NCBI GenBank assembly: GCA_964342815.1
Contig: CAYFHS010000011.1
Location: 591-64,590, forward strand
Direction: 5' to 3'
DNA: 64,000 nt
Source: an uncultured archaeon
GTDB lineage: Archaea > Thermoplasmatota > Penumbrarchaeia > JASLWR01
Shown here: in pieces, positions 1 to 9,008 of the stretch
Layout of the letters: every line of letters starts with the position of its first letter
How positions within the stretch are numbered: the stretch's first letter is position 1
The notes under the pieces: generated by a model
Databases searched by the model: none
The model's input: only the letters and a program-made list of their open reading frames with translations
What the model was told of the DNA's origin: nothing
Position numbers and translations under genes: made by a program

Positions 1-618
1 AATGAAATTTTGACAATCGTTCCAGGATACTCTTTCAACTGGAAGATTATTTCCTTTAAAATAACTTGTATCGGAGCTCATAATCGCTTTCCATACATTT
101 TGTGTTACCTGATACTTTCCCATATAGTAGCTTTTACCAGCAATCTTCACGAACTTCATACCGATGGAATTTGTGAATTCTTTTTGTAACATTTCAGTGC
201 GTAGACGTTCCCGGATGTCTCGTTCACTAAGTTCTTTCTCCTCAAGGTAATGTTTTTTACATGAAGGACTTTCACCTCGCGATCTCTTGGCAGTGCGAAA
301 CCACCCCTCACAATCTTCACAAAAACGGGAATTGCATATCGAGCATTTAAGGCTCTTGTTTACTGAGGATATTATGTTCCCACAATTATGACATTCCTTC
401 TTCTTATCCCCAATATGTAAACTCCCACCAACTGCAGGAGCACCCAAGTGAACTCCTCCATGACCACCCGTGATAACGCTGTCGTGGATCCCACCGGAAG
501 GTGATGAGGACACAGAAGATATTGTTCTTCTTTCACGGGGTACATACTTTGCTCCACAGCTATTGCAGAAAGTTTCATCCTCGAATATTTCACTACCACA
601 TTTTGAACAAAAAGGCAT
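1..618 (-). CDS. Zinc-ribbon + FGE-sulfatase (SUMF1-like) domain protein, 5' part only (gene runs off the window start)
   Basis: Not in the ORF track because the frame is open to nt 1. Reverse-strand ATG at 618 gives MPFCSKCGSEIFEDETFCNSCGAKYV...SVITGGHGGVHLGAPAVGGS...FKGNNLPVERVSWNDCQNFI (hand translation, no stops). Collinear paralog of 1121..2263. Confidence 0.8.
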   Translation of the reverse strand, partial: MPFCSKCGSEIFEDETFCNSCGAKYVPRERRTISSVSSSPSGGIHDSVITGGHGGVHLGAPAVGGSLHIGDKKKECHNCGNIISSVNKSLKCSICNSRFCEDCEGWFRTAKRSRGESPSCKKHYLEEKELSERDIRERLRTEMLQKEFTNSIGMKFVKIAGKSYYMGKYQVTQNVWKAIMSSDTSYFKGNNLPVERVSWNDCQNFI

Positions 619-649
619 AGGATCACTTTCATTGGGAATACATCAAGGA

Positions 650-656
650 TATTTAA
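650..656 (-). promoter_or_regulatory. TATA-box-like element (TTAAATA on the minus strand), 31 nt upstream of the ATG at 618
   Basis: Same motif at the same distance upstream of the paralog at 2263; the whole ~60-nt upstream region is duplicated. Confidence 0.3.
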
Positions 657-1120
657 GAATTACCGAATAAGAAAAAGGTTAGTCAGGGATTGAAAGAGAG
701 TAATGATCGGTGCATACCGAAGTTGTTAGTTTGAACTTGACTTTCCCTTTCTCTTTGTAAAAACAGTTATCTTATTTTCCAAGGCTTCGACCGCATCCCA
801 ATCAATATCTTTCTCGTCTTTCTTTTTGTCGTTCATGGTCCATTCTCCTTGTCGTAATCTTGCAGTAACATAAAGCGTATTGGACGTATATGGAATTTAC
901 TTTCCCAGTATCAATAAAGACGAATTTATCACATTTTCTGCAAGTAATTTCCGGTAAACTCAGTCACTTTTACGGAGAAGCAGTTCGATTCCTAAATCCT
1001 ATGCTCCGTGGCATCTTCGAGAGCTTCTGGAGGGTTTAAACGGTTTTCTCGACGATTGTGAGGATAACATCAAGAGATACTTCCAAAATCGTTTCACATA
1101 CATGCGGTGCCTTTCAGCGA

Positions 1121-2263
1121 TCAGTCGGAAGTCCTCACGAGACGGACACCAATATAGAAGTAGCGGGAGTCAGGGGGAAACCACCTGCGGAATGACGACT
1201 CGCAACTGTCGGCGGTAAAGCCCCAGGCACCTCCACGAAAAATTCGGGCCGAACCAGACATAGGTCCTTGTGGATCTTTTTCTGGGGAGTTCTTATAATA
1301 ATCCCCTTCATACCAATCCTGACACCACTCCCAAACATTACCGTGCATATCGTGTAAACCCCACTTATTTGGCCTCTTAGTACCAACAGAATGAGTGCGA
1401 CCCTTCCCCCAATCCTCATTGTACCAAGCATACTGATTCAATTTGCTTATGCTATCTCCAAAACAGTACTTACCAGTATTACCAGAACGATTAGCGTACT
1501 CCCATTCTGCTTCGGTGGGTAACCTGTATTTATATGTATTTTCAAAACGATTGAGTCTCTCAATGAATTTCTGACAATCATTCCAAGAAACCTTTTCAAC
1601 CGGAAGATCATCTTCAGTGAAATGACTGGGATTTCCCTTCATCACGGTCTTCCATTCCTTCTGTGTAACCTGATAAACACCTATGTAAAAAGGTTCGGAG
1701 ATTTGGACTTTGTGAACTGGTTTAGCATTTGGCCAATTATCGCTCCCCATCTTGAATTCTCCTGCAGGAATCAACTTAAACTTCATGCCTAATGAACTGA
1801 TGAATTCCTTTTCTTCCATTTCTTTTTCCTTGCGTAAATGGTCAAGTTCAATCCGTTCTTTCTTCTCCGCCTCGATTCTCAATTTTTGTTCAAGATAATG
1901 TTTTTCACAAAGTGGTCGTTCACCGTAAGACCGTTTCCCCTCACGAAAATATCCTTCACAGGTTTCACAATATTTCGTACCACACAATGAACATTTCACA
2001 CTCTTATTGTCTGAACTAATAATGTTACCACAATTATGGCATTCCTTCTTCTTATTTCCGATATGCAGACTTCCCCCAACCGCAGGAGCGCCGATGTGTA
2101 CACCACCACGACCACCTGTGATTACACTGTCGTGTATGCCACCGGATGGTGATGAAAGAGGAGACGTATCTTTTTCTTTTGACACATCCTGCTTATGACC
2201 GCACTCGTAGCAGAATTTTGCACCATCAGGTAATTTGAAGCCACAATTCATACAGAAAGACAT
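1121..2263 (-). CDS. Zinc-ribbon + FGE-sulfatase (SUMF1-like, C-type-lectin fold) domain protein
   Basis: 380-aa ORF. N-terminal zinc ribbon (CMNCGFKLPDGAKFCYECG). Second Cys cluster (CHNCG..CSLCGTKYCETCEGYF). Coiled-coil linker. FGE-fold motifs VSWNDCQKFIERLN, RLPTEAEWEYA, WGLHDMHGNVWEWCQDWY, RGGAWGF. Confidence 0.85.
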   Translation of the reverse strand: MSFCMNCGFKLPDGAKFCYECGHKQDVSKEKDTSPLSSPSGGIHDSVITGGRGGVHIGAPAVGGSLHIGNKKKECHNCGNIISSDNKSVKCSLCGTKYCETCEGYFREGKRSYGERPLCEKHYLEQKLRIEAEKKERIELDHLRKEKEMEEKEFISSLGMKFKLIPAGEFKMGSDNWPNAKPVHKVQISEPFYIGVYQVTQKEWKTVMKGNPSHFTEDDLPVEKVSWNDCQKFIERLNRFENTYKYRLPTEAEWEYANRSGNTGKYCFGDSISKLNQYAWYNEDWGKGRTHSVGTKRPNKWGLHDMHGNVWEWCQDWYEGDYYKNSPEKDPQGPMSGSARIFRGGAWGFTADSCESSFRRWFPPDSRYFYIGVRLVRTSD

Positions 2264-2294
2264 GGGATCACGATTATTGGGAATACAGCAAGGG

Positions 2295-2301
2295 TATTTA
2301 A
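2295..2301 (-). promoter_or_regulatory. TATA-box-like element (TTAAATA), 31 nt upstream of the ATG at 2263
   Basis: AT-rich heptamer at fixed spacing, duplicated with the paralog promoter (650..656). Confidence 0.3.
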
Positions 2302-2638
2302 GAATTATTGAAAAAGAAGAAGGTTCGGCACTCCGAGTCCGGCCTTTGTGCCATGTCAGAGGTACCCGAGAACAGTTTTATCCGGAACACCGGATTACTT
2401 TTGTCCTATCCTCTGATATGGTATTTAACACATCTTCACTTGGTGTTTATAAATTATTCCATCCAGTTTTTTCCAATTCTTTTTCACTCAAAGCAAGTCA
2501 GTTAATTTTGGACTTTTTAAAAGACAAATGATGAGAACGAGAATTAATCGGGTGATGCTAAGAATAAAGAAGTCAATAACATGATGACAATAGGTGAGAA
2601 CATCCTGACCATTGTCGACGTGAATAACAAAACCAACG

Positions 2639-2646
2639 TTTAAATA
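2639..2646 (+). promoter_or_regulatory. TATA-box-like element (TTTAAATA), 30 nt upstream of the ATG at 2677
   Basis: Matches the archaeal TATA consensus TTTAWATA. The spacing is compatible with a leaderless or short-leader transcript. Confidence 0.3.
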
Positions 2647-2676
2647 ATAAGTTGACTTTATTCAAAATTGTGTATC

Positions 2677-3150
2677 ATGGATTTTTCAACAAAATTCAGA
2701 ATATTTACCATTTGCACTATTTTTTATATAATACAACAAATAATTGTTAGCTTATTGGTACAAATATTTGACGATGTTTCTATTGGTCTAATATTTCTAA
2801 CTTGGATTGCTCACCTTAGTTACTTGATTGTATGGGGATGGTTTATAATTGTAGTGTATAAAGATGCAAAAACTCGTGAATTGACTGAAAACTGGTTTTT
2901 TATCATATTTTTCATGTCGTTTTTAGGTGCTATTATCTATTACTGCTATGTAAAGGGTAAACCCAAAATAGAAGCACAAGCGAAGATACCAGATAAAAAA
3001 GTGAAGAAGCTCGAATTGGCATGCCCGGATTGCTGGAAGCATTTCACGATAAAGGAAACTGAAGAAATACCAATACCATTAAAATGCCCGGCCTGTCGTA
3101 TAAAGGGAGAATTCCCGTTACTACAACCGCTACAAGATCTGGGGACATGA
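2677..3150 (+). CDS. Small membrane protein, PLDc_N-like N-terminal region plus C-terminal zinc ribbon
   Basis: ORF 2668..3150, first ATG at 2677. Three hydrophobic segments with a PLDc_N-like signature (WGWFIIVVYKDAKTRE...FLGAIIYYCY). C-terminal CPDC...CPAC pair. Family call is from motif memory only. Confidence 0.55.
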   Translation: MDFSTKFRIFTICTIFYIIQQIIVSLLVQIFDDVSIGLIFLTWIAHLSYLIVWGWFIIVVYKDAKTRELTENWFFIIFFMSFLGAIIYYCYVKGKPKIEAQAKIPDKKVKKLELACPDCWKHFTIKETEEIPIPLKCPACRIKGEFPLLQPLQDLGT

Positions 3151-3317
3151 AATATGGGTCCAGAGGTATCAAAACATGTATGAGGACCGGCTAGGCTCCA
3201 GATCACTAGCATAGTGCCATAGGAGAGGGTAGAAATAGAATTTCATGTAAGAATATAGAGTAAAATCTATAATGTAAGTAGAGACTAACACAAGCAAATT
3301 GATTTTGGAGGTGTGAT

Positions 3318-4100
3318 ATGGGGAAACACTGCCCTAACTGCAGTAATAGCCTTTCTTGGACTCTATCTTATAGCTGTGGGAATTGTGGTAAATCGGGTTG
3401 TGAAGATTGCTTTTTAAAGGGACATTCTAAAGGATGGTTAGGAACTAAGGAGAGAATCATACAATATCGGCATAATAAAATCGATTATAGTTTTTGCAGT
3501 GTTGAATGTGCATCGGAATGGGCTATTCATAATGGTTATTTTTCTTCCGAGGATTCAAGAATTGATAAGAAAATTAAGGAGATCTGTTACGTTAAGGCTA
3601 AAAAATGTCCTGAATGTGAGTCGATAATATGTGAAACAATTGGGGTTGAATCCTATTACAATGTATTTCATTGTTCAAATTGTAGTAAACAAATTTGTGG
3701 AAATTGTGCATTTAAACAAATTGAAAGAACTGATGAACTTGTAATAATCGACATTGAGGATAGACAATGTGTTTTTTGTGGTATTGAATGTACTGCTGAA
3801 TTTTTAATAGAACATGGTCATACTAATACTGATGACCATCGAATTAACCGGAAGATTAAAAAAATTCTTGATAAGAAAGACTTGTCTGAACAAAGTACAA
3901 AAGAATCTTCACCGGTACATATTGAGATTGGTAAAGTTGGAGATGAGAAAATTACGGTTAAAGATAGTATCATCCAACGTTCATCCATAGGCGGAGCATC
4001 ACAGAAGAGAATATCTATTTGTCCGTATTGTGGAGAGGAATTGAATTTTCCAAAACCCCCTAGATTCTGTCCATATTGTAAGGAACAGATATTGATATAA
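3318..4100 (+). CDS. Multi zinc-ribbon protein (internally duplicated Cys module)
   Basis: 260-aa ORF with GGAGGTG just upstream. Two repeats of CPxC...CxNC-x4-CxxC...FCxxEC...RIxxKIKxI plus a terminal CPYC...CPYC ribbon. Contains a KDSIIQRSSIGG motif resembling HDSVITGG of the FGE paralogs. Confidence 0.6.
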   Translation: MGKHCPNCSNSLSWTLSYSCGNCGKSGCEDCFLKGHSKGWLGTKERIIQYRHNKIDYSFCSVECASEWAIHNGYFSSEDSRIDKKIKEICYVKAKKCPECESIICETIGVESYYNVFHCSNCSKQICGNCAFKQIERTDELVIIDIEDRQCVFCGIECTAEFLIEHGHTNTDDHRINRKIKKILDKKDLSEQSTKESSPVHIEIGKVGDEKITVKDSIIQRSSIGGASQKRISICPYCGEELNFPKPPRFCPYCKEQILI

Positions 4101-4384
4101 ACCTCTCAACTCCAATCCCTATGAATCCTTATGAACTTGTGGGGATAGGTCCGATATTTGAACCATTTCTTACCGGTCAAAAGCTTATCCACCTTGTAAG
4201 CAGTCATCTTGGGGCCGGCCGTTGTCCAGCTTCAATCCCCTTATTCATCTACAGAAACCATCCATAAAGGCCACAGGGAAGGATGCGATTACTGTTCATC
4301 TTGGAGGTTCTTTTATTTTCGGATGTCAAAATCACAGGAAATGTGTTATATACATTATAAACCGTAAAATTATATTGTGATTCA

Positions 4385-5023
4385 GTGACCGACGAAAAAG
4401 AAAAACGTATAAAAGCAATGGAAGAACAACTAAAAGAAGCGGTTGTTGAGATTCCACTTTTCCTCACTAAAACAAAAAAAGGATCAATAATAGGTACAAA
4501 AGATGGAGATTTTCATATTACAATCAATGATGATAAGGGATCGTTTCACAGAACCGATAATCAAAAAAAGAAGGACAATCGGTCCGATTATGATCGTCAT
4601 TCTGACGAAATTTACATGCAAGAGTTATCGGATGTTGCTCAGGAAATTGGACCATTAATGGAATCTGGAGATCTAAAAAATATACATTTGGCATTTAAAC
4701 GAATAATTGACCTTTTTCAACAACGAAATCGCCCCTTGATAAAAGGTGATACTGAATTAAATGACCTTGGGGGAATACCTGATGATATTGACATTCAAAT
4801 CGATCCAAGCAAAATTGAGCATGGTGAAAATGAAGAATGTGGGATTTCATTCAATCCAGATAATTTTGATTCATCGAGTAAAAAAGCTAGTGGAAAACTT
4901 CAAATAAATTCCCATAAATTTGCCCGTTTCTTATATGAGAAGATATATCTTCAATTTCTTCCTGATTTGAGTTGGGGAGATTTTTTACGGATGATTGATA
5001 ACGATAAAGAAAATGATTCATAA
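4385..5023 (+). CDS. Hypothetical charged protein
   Basis: 212-aa ORF with a GTG start and no motif I recognise. The call rests on ORF length only. Confidence 0.4.
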   Translation: MTDEKEKRIKAMEEQLKEAVVEIPLFLTKTKKGSIIGTKDGDFHITINDDKGSFHRTDNQKKKDNRSDYDRHSDEIYMQELSDVAQEIGPLMESGDLKNIHLAFKRIIDLFQQRNRPLIKGDTELNDLGGIPDDIDIQIDPSKIEHGENEECGISFNPDNFDSSSKKASGKLQINSHKFARFLYEKIYLQFLPDLSWGDFLRMIDNDKENDS

Positions 5024-5155
5024 TTAGGTGATGTACCCCCATGGACGAAGAAAACGAATTCGATGATACAAGCAAATTACTAATGAATCTTTTGAGCGGA
5101 CAAAAAAGCAACAATCACCCCTTCTAGGTTCTACAGAACTTGGAGACTTGAGACG

Positions 5156-5788
5156 ATGAAAATCACATCTACAGAGGAAATTCGCAAGTTCTATGACGAG
5201 AGCGCCGATTCGTACAACATTATGATGGAGGAAGAAATAAATCTTCCGATGTATGCTGAGATTCTTGTCGGCTTGGCGAAAGGCATAATAAATCTCGATG
5301 GTACGATCCTGGACTCGTCTTGCGGCTCCGGACATATGCTTGAGCAGCTCAAGGACAGATATGCTCCCGGGCGGCAGTTTTACGGTGTCGACCTTTCACC
5401 GAGAATGGTGGCTATCTCTCGGAAACGCTTGGGTGATGCTGCCATCATAACTGAAGGTGATATGGGTGAACTTTATCATGTGGAGGATGATTCGTGTGCG
5501 GCGGTCCTCAACTTCTTCGCGCTCCACCACGTTGACCTGGAAAGAATGTTCACATGTTTTGCTGAGTGGTATCGCGTGCTTAAGGCTGACGGACAGCTTT
5601 TCGTTGCCACCTGGGAGGGTGAAGGATGCATCGATTACGGCGGACAGGCCGATGTTGTAGCCATGAAATACCGTCCGGGCCAAGTGAGCAAAGCCGCCCG
5701 TATTGCGGGATTCAGAATCGACCGGATCTATGTGGACGCCGTCCAGGGAATGGAAATGGATGCGGTCTATCTGGCTGCGACCAAATAG
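5156..5788 (+). CDS. Class I SAM-dependent methyltransferase
   Basis: Motif I ILDSSCGSGHMLEQL, followed by GVDLSPRM and LKADGQLFVATWEG. GGAGA upstream of the ATG. TAG stop. Confidence 0.8.
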   Translation: MKITSTEEIRKFYDESADSYNIMMEEEINLPMYAEILVGLAKGIINLDGTILDSSCGSGHMLEQLKDRYAPGRQFYGVDLSPRMVAISRKRLGDAAIITEGDMGELYHVEDDSCAAVLNFFALHHVDLERMFTCFAEWYRVLKADGQLFVATWEGEGCIDYGGQADVVAMKYRPGQVSKAARIAGFRIDRIYVDAVQGMEMDAVYLAATK

Positions 5789-5972
5789 CAGATACTTTCG
5801 TGATTAGCCTTACATGGCGTTTCATATAACCCATTACTAGTTAGGGTTTGATGGATGATATAGTTGCCACTTCTGAGGGCACCTCTGAGATTCTATGGGT
5901 TATAAATTCATGTCTTAAAGTATAGAAAAGGCTAAAACTTAAAGGTGAATTACATCCAGGTCTAACGGGCTG

Positions 5973-6326
5973 GTGACGAATATGAACGATGATACTGAAA
6001 ATAGTAATCCTGGGTTGATGGCAAAGCAGGTAATGCTAAACAATTTCGCTGATTATCAGGAAGGGGCAATAGTGAGCAAAACCGTGATCGAAAAAAAGAC
6101 CGGGACCGTAACATTCTTTGCTTTTGATGAAGGCCAGGGTTTAAGCGAGCATACGGCACCATTTGATGCCATGGTCCATCTCCTTGATGGAGAGGCGGAT
6201 ATTGTCATCTCCGGGAAATCAAATCATATGAAAAAAGGCGAGATGATAATAATGCCTGCAAATGAGCCGCATGCCTTAAGGGCGGTTAAGAGATTCAAAA
6301 TGGTCCTGACCATGATACGATCTTGA
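5973..6326 (+). CDS. Cupin-domain protein
   Basis: 117 aa with a cupin_2-like pattern: GQGLSEHTAPFDAMVHLLDGE...MPANEPHAL. Confidence 0.7.
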   Translation: MTNMNDDTENSNPGLMAKQVMLNNFADYQEGAIVSKTVIEKKTGTVTFFAFDEGQGLSEHTAPFDAMVHLLDGEADIVISGKSNHMKKGEMIIMPANEPHALRAVKRFKMVLTMIRS

Positions 6327-6651
6327 GCAATCGATTATGAGACTCGTTTTTTACCTATGGAGACACATACCCCCCCTTATTCCATTCAAAAGGGAGGTAA
6401 TAATTTTACTTTGCAGTTTTATTTTGTTTAGAATCAAAGAATGTAATACGAAAATTACACAAAAAGCAGCTCCTATTGTGAGTAGATGCCTGCTTGCAAA
6501 TACGCCGCGTACTTCTAATAATTTCCTCATACCCTGACTCCGAAACATCCGATTTATATTTTTCGAACATGCAAGGCATACTTTTATATCCGATAAAATA
6601 CCAAATAAAACAATATAATTTTAAAAGAATAAACGAAAATGAGGAATGAAA

Positions 6652-6843
6652 ATGGATAAGCCGATAGTCTACTACTGTGAAGAGTGCGGGAAGACCGTAT
6701 CGAAAGAAGACGGTGAGACCGTTAATTTCTGCTGCGAAAAATCTATGAAATCCCAGGTGGCCGATACCTGTCTGAAGTCCGGCAGCTCTGCGGAACACGC
6801 AAGGTTCAATGATGAGGACGAACCCTGCGACGAAGGAAGATGA
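6652..6843 (+). CDS. Desulforedoxin-like small Cys protein with acidic C-terminal extension
   Basis: ORF 6646..6843. The second ATG (6652) has GAGGA 6 nt upstream. MDKPIVYYCEECGKTVSKEDGETVNFCCEKSM reproduces the desulforedoxin Cys pattern (C9, C12, adjacent CC), cf. YKCELCGQVV...LVCCGEDM. Confidence 0.6.
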   Translation: MDKPIVYYCEECGKTVSKEDGETVNFCCEKSMKSQVADTCLKSGSSAEHARFNDEDEPCDEGR

Positions 6844-6874
6844 ACAATCCTCAAAACATGGAGAGGACCGGGGC

Positions 6875-7729
6875 ATGATCAAGCTAAGGGAAATCAGAAA
6901 AATAATGAAAAGCAAGCCCACCATCGAAGGAGCGGGGGTTCACCTGAAACGCGCCTTTGGCTATCATCAGGTTCCACAGCTGGACCCGTTTCTGCTTCTG
7001 GATGATTTTCATTCGAAAGATCCCCGCGACTACATACTTGGATTCCCGTGGCATCCCCACAGGGGAATCGAAACAGTCACGTACATGCTCCATGGAAAGC
7101 TAGAACACGGGGACAGCATTGGCAACAAGGGGGTGATCGAGACCGGGGACGTTCAGTGGATGAGTGCCGGAAGCGGGATTGTACACCAGGAGATGCCAAA
7201 ACAGTTCCAGGGGCTCATGTGGGGATTTCAGTTGTGGATCAACCTGCCGGCCTCCCGCAAGATGGGGCTGCCCCGGTACCAGGAAATAAAAAGTGAACAG
7301 ATTCCGGAGGTCTCGGCGGCCCCCGGAACGAAAATTAGAGTTATATGCGGAACTGTCAAGGGCGTTAAGGGACCGGTCAGCGATATGGAGGTCGACCCGG
7401 AATATCTCGATATAGGCATGGAGCCGGATACGGAATTTGTCCATCAGATCAAATCGGGTTACACGGTATTTGCCTATGTTATTGACGGTAAGGGATTTTT
7501 CGATACGAACCGAACCGGGATGATCGAAAAGGAGAATCTTGTCCTATTCGGGGATGGCGATCAATTAAAGATCGAAACCGGAAAAAATAGTCTTCGATTC
7601 CTTCTGATCTCGGGAAAACCCCTGGAGGAGCCTGTGGCATGGTACGGCCCCATAGTTATGAATACCCAGGAGGAGTTGAACACCGCGTTCGAGGAATACC
7701 GGAACGGGACATTCCTGAAGCATCCCTGA
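6875..7729 (+). CDS. Pirin family protein
   Basis: ORF 6809..7729. ATG 6875 is preceded by GGAGAGG and avoids overlap with the upstream gene. Pirin motifs HPHRGIETVTYMLHG, EHGDSIGNKG, GDVQWMSAGSGIVHQE. Confidence 0.85.
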   Translation: MIKLREIRKIMKSKPTIEGAGVHLKRAFGYHQVPQLDPFLLLDDFHSKDPRDYILGFPWHPHRGIETVTYMLHGKLEHGDSIGNKGVIETGDVQWMSAGSGIVHQEMPKQFQGLMWGFQLWINLPASRKMGLPRYQEIKSEQIPEVSAAPGTKIRVICGTVKGVKGPVSDMEVDPEYLDIGMEPDTEFVHQIKSGYTVFAYVIDGKGFFDTNRTGMIEKENLVLFGDGDQLKIETGKNSLRFLLISGKPLEEPVAWYGPIVMNTQEELNTAFEEYRNGTFLKHP

Positions 7730-7789
7730 ATATTTTTGGGTCACGTTCAAGAGTCCCAATCTACAATTTTATTTTACACGCCCCGGCGG

Positions 7790-7797
7790 TTTTTTTT
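7790..7797 (+). terminator. Oligo-T tract (T8) about 60 nt after the pirin stop
   Basis: ggcggTTTTTTTTc. Only a weak CGCC/GGCG stem precedes it. Fits an archaeal-style oligo-T terminator better than a bacterial intrinsic one. Confidence 0.3.
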
Positions 7798-8205
7798 CTC
7801 GATGTCCTTTCGTTATATATTACACGATAATCCGTTACCGGTCATTCTCAAAACACTATTTGAGCCGCCCGGCTCTTCTCAGCACCAATCTATAAAGTCT
7901 CAAGGTGAAGCTATCTTTTGATACTGGCAAATCATTCAACGATGCAATATGACCTCTGATTTGCAAGTGATTTGCAAATAATTTATAGATAAGATACACA
8001 GGTTTTACAATGAATTTTGAAATTTCGATTTATATTAACAAAGCTATTGGGGTACTCAAAAGTATTGATAAACATTGGATAGATTAATAAATCGATTATT
8101 CTTTGCTTATCAAAATATGTGTTCCGGGATAACCGGGGCACAAAAACCGAGATCGAATATATTTTCAATGAAGTTTTCTCTGAATGCTTACAAGGAGGTA
8201 TCGAA

Positions 8206-8448
8206 ATGTCCATGGAAATCACAGCCGACGCTGAACTGGATACAGTGGGTTTTTACTGTCCTTTGCCCATCTCCATGACGAGGGAGGAAATCGATAAGAT
8301 AGAGATAGGTCAAATATTGAAAGTAATAGCTGACGATCCGGCTGCCGAGGAAGATATCAAGCGCTGGGCCAAAAGAACCGGTCACGAGATATCGAAATTT
8401 GAAAAAGAGGGGCCGATATTGACATTTTTTATCAGACGAATGAAATGA
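8206..8448 (+). CDS. TusA/SirA-family sulfur carrier protein
   Basis: ATG 8206 with AGGAGG 8 nt upstream. LDTVGFYCPLP carries the CPxP active-site motif. About 80 aa. Confidence 0.85.
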   Translation: MSMEITADAELDTVGFYCPLPISMTREEIDKIEIGQILKVIADDPAAEEDIKRWAKRTGHEISKFEKEGPILTFFIRRMK

Positions 8449-8514
8449 CATTGTCACTGTAATTATATTTCTCAAATAATAGCGAAAAAGATAGTATAAA
8501 GGAGGTAAAAGAAA

Positions 8515-8877
8515 ATGAAAGATGAGAACTATATTCTGTATGTACAGACCACAGACAGCCCTGAAAAGCAGTATTCGCCGCTGGTGCTGGCGCAGACCGC
8601 AAAGATGATGGATATCAAAGCTGAGGTGTATTATCTCGGTACGGGGTTAAAAATATTGATGGCAGGTGAAGCCGAGAAGATTAAACTCGGATCCTTTCCC
8701 AGTGTCGCGGAGATGATCCGGAAAACTCTCGATATGGGAATAACCATATATGCATGCGAGGCTTCAAAGCAGATGCTGGGTCTCGAAAAGGTAGAATTGA
8801 TCCCTGGAGTGAAGATAGTCGGGGCTGGAACCCTGAACGACCTCGCGCTGGATGCAGACGCAACCATGTGGTTTTAG
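8515..8877 (+). CDS. DsrE/DsrF-like family protein
   Basis: 120 aa with AGGAGG upstream. Size and pattern (YYLGTGLKIL, IYACEASKQMLGL) fit the DsrE fold. TAG stop. Confidence 0.75.
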   Translation: MKDENYILYVQTTDSPEKQYSPLVLAQTAKMMDIKAEVYYLGTGLKILMAGEAEKIKLGSFPSVAEMIRKTLDMGITIYACEASKQMLGLEKVELIPGVKIVGAGTLNDLALDADATMWF

Positions 8878-9008
8878 GGAAGAATTAGTGAAACGGATAT
8901 ATCGGGGTCATGTTTAGCGAAGCCGTTTCACCTCCCGGTGTTCCATTATGCAATACGGTTCAGTATATACATTTTGAATCGATCCAAAAAGAATGGGGGA
9001 GCGCTATA

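Noticed and set aside
1121-1300. Diversity-generating retroelement variable region at the 3' end of the FGE-domain gene
   Set aside because: The FGE/C-type-lectin fold is a classic DGR target. However, I found no reverse transcriptase and no template-repeat copy of this 3' segment anywhere in the window. It remains untestable here.
2528-2607. C/D-box sRNA (two ATGATGA boxes and a CTGA)
   Set aside because: The box spacing (17 nt to the CTGA, no matching D'/C' pair, no terminal stem) does not fit the ~12-nt guide geometry.
8910-9008. 33-codon N-terminal extension of the thioredoxin-domain gene (and similar extensions at 43054-43203, 61254-61319, 6809-6874)
   Set aside because: Downstream ATGs have SD sites and give canonical family N-termini. 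The extensions are probably just open frame upstream of the true start.
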